Shown: one piece after another, positions 62,768 through 64,000 of the stretch
Layout: each line of letters opens with the position of its first letter
Numbering within the stretch: the first letter of the stretch is position 1
Source of the DNA: Octopus sinensis
Taxonomy: Eukaryota
Direction of reading: 5' to 3'
Length of the DNA: 64,000 bases
Assembly: GCF_006345805.1 (NCBI RefSeq)
Contig: NC_043006.1
Coordinates: 33,232,001 to 33,296,000, forward strand
Notes under the pieces: generated by a model
The model's input: only the letters and a program-made list of their open reading frames with translations
Told to the model about the DNA's origin: nothing
Database searches by the model: none
Translations under genes and position numbers: made by a program

Positions 62768-63770
62768 GCAGTCAAATGCCCGAAACAAGTAAAAGCATGA
62801 AAGAAATATATATACACTCATATACAGATATACATACATGTATACACACACACATACAGACACACACACATACACAAACACAGGCACACACACCGACACA
62901 CACACAGACAGGTACACACGTACACATACATATATATATATATGCATACAGATGTATATACACATTCACATGCATATATACATACACATATACATTCTCA
63001 TAGATAAAAGATAAACCTCGTGTAAAAAAACGGTGGTAGCGGTGAGATGATGATGATAAAAAGAAAAACGGAAATATCTCGAAAATATTAATGGAGAAGG
63101 AAAAAAAAATTATAGAGGAAAATACATTTTAATCAATTTTGTTTTTCCGTAATTCAATTCAGTCTTGTATTATTCAGTTTATTATTTTATATTTATTTTA
63201 ATCTATCTTACGTTTATTTACAAACTTCGGCCATCAACCTGGCTTTCATACAATATTCATTTCCAAACATTCGTGTGCTAACCTGCGCATTTCTCCTTGC
63301 ATGTGTATGTATATGAGCAGATGTATGTGCATATGTGTATATCCGTTTATGTATATGTGTGTGTATGTGTGCATATGTCTCCATAATCGGATAAGTATAC
63401 GTAAATGCATGTGTTTCTTTGCATGCGTCCGTGTGTGTGTGTTTACGTGGTTATGTATACACAAACACACAATCATACACACGCGCATATATGAATGGAT
63501 GATGGTGGAATGGATGTGTATGCATGTATGTATGTACGTATGTATATATGTATGTATATATGCATCTGAATGTGTATATACATCTGTATGCATATATATA
63601 TGTGTGTGTGTACCTGTCTGTGTGTGTGTCGATGTGTGTGCTGTGTCTGTGTGTGTGTGTGTGTATGTCTGTGTCTGTATGTATGTGTGTGTGTATACAT
63701 GTATGTATATCTGTATATGAGTGTATATATATTTCTTTCATGCTTTTACTTGTTTCGGGCATTTGACTGC
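62768..63770. repeat. Inverted duplication of a SINE tail plus its microsatellite flank
   Basis: GCAGTCAAATGCCCGAAACAAGTAAAAGCATGAAAGAAATATATATACACTCATATACAGATATAC (from 62768) is the reverse complement of the sequence ending at about 63770; similarity extends about 220 bp. Confidence 0.85.
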
Positions 63771-64000
63771 GGACATGCTGGGGCTCTGCTTTTAGTCGAA
63801 CAAATAGACTCCAGGGTTTATTCTTTGTAAGCCGAGAACATATTTTATCAGTCATCTTTGCCGAACCGCTATGTTACAGGGGCGTAAACACTCCAACCTC
63901 GGTTGTCAAGCAATGGTGGGGAGACACACTGACACATACATGCATGTGTATATATGTATGTATATGTATATGTATGTATATGTGTGTGTGTGCATGTATG

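Overview
Eukaryotic, AT-rich, repeat-saturated genomic DNA. The tRNA-headed SINE families and very long (TA)n/(CA)n/(TACA)n/(AAT)n microsatellites look to me like coleoid cephalopod (probably Octopus) DNA; this is recognition from memory, not a database result. I find no intact, identifiable protein-coding gene, and no rRNA, true tRNA or CRISPR array. Most ORFs in the supplied track are microsatellite, minisatellite or SINE artefacts. Supported content: (1) three tRNA-derived SINE families, one forming modular head-(internal)n-tail concatemers; (2) decayed fragments of mariner transposases, R4/Dong-like and HERO/NeSL-like RLE LINEs, RTE 3' ends, a zinc-knuckle LINE ORF1, a possible DIRS-type recombinase and a Helitron-like non-autonomous element; (3) several 180-240 bp fold-back elements and a TIR-bounded MITE; (4) at least four sequence-unrelated families of minimal type-I hammerhead ribozyme motifs with palindromic helix III, sitting in inverted or direct repeats (Penelope-like/retrozyme architecture); (5) non-repetitive islands on the minus strand with splice-site-like borders and stop-interrupted, protein-like frames (signal-peptide-like, PAN-like, a 3 kb K/N/E-rich block, cadherin-like, LamG-like, transmembrane-like), probably one or more pseudogenised cell-surface protein genes. 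All domain calls were made by eye and need profile searches.
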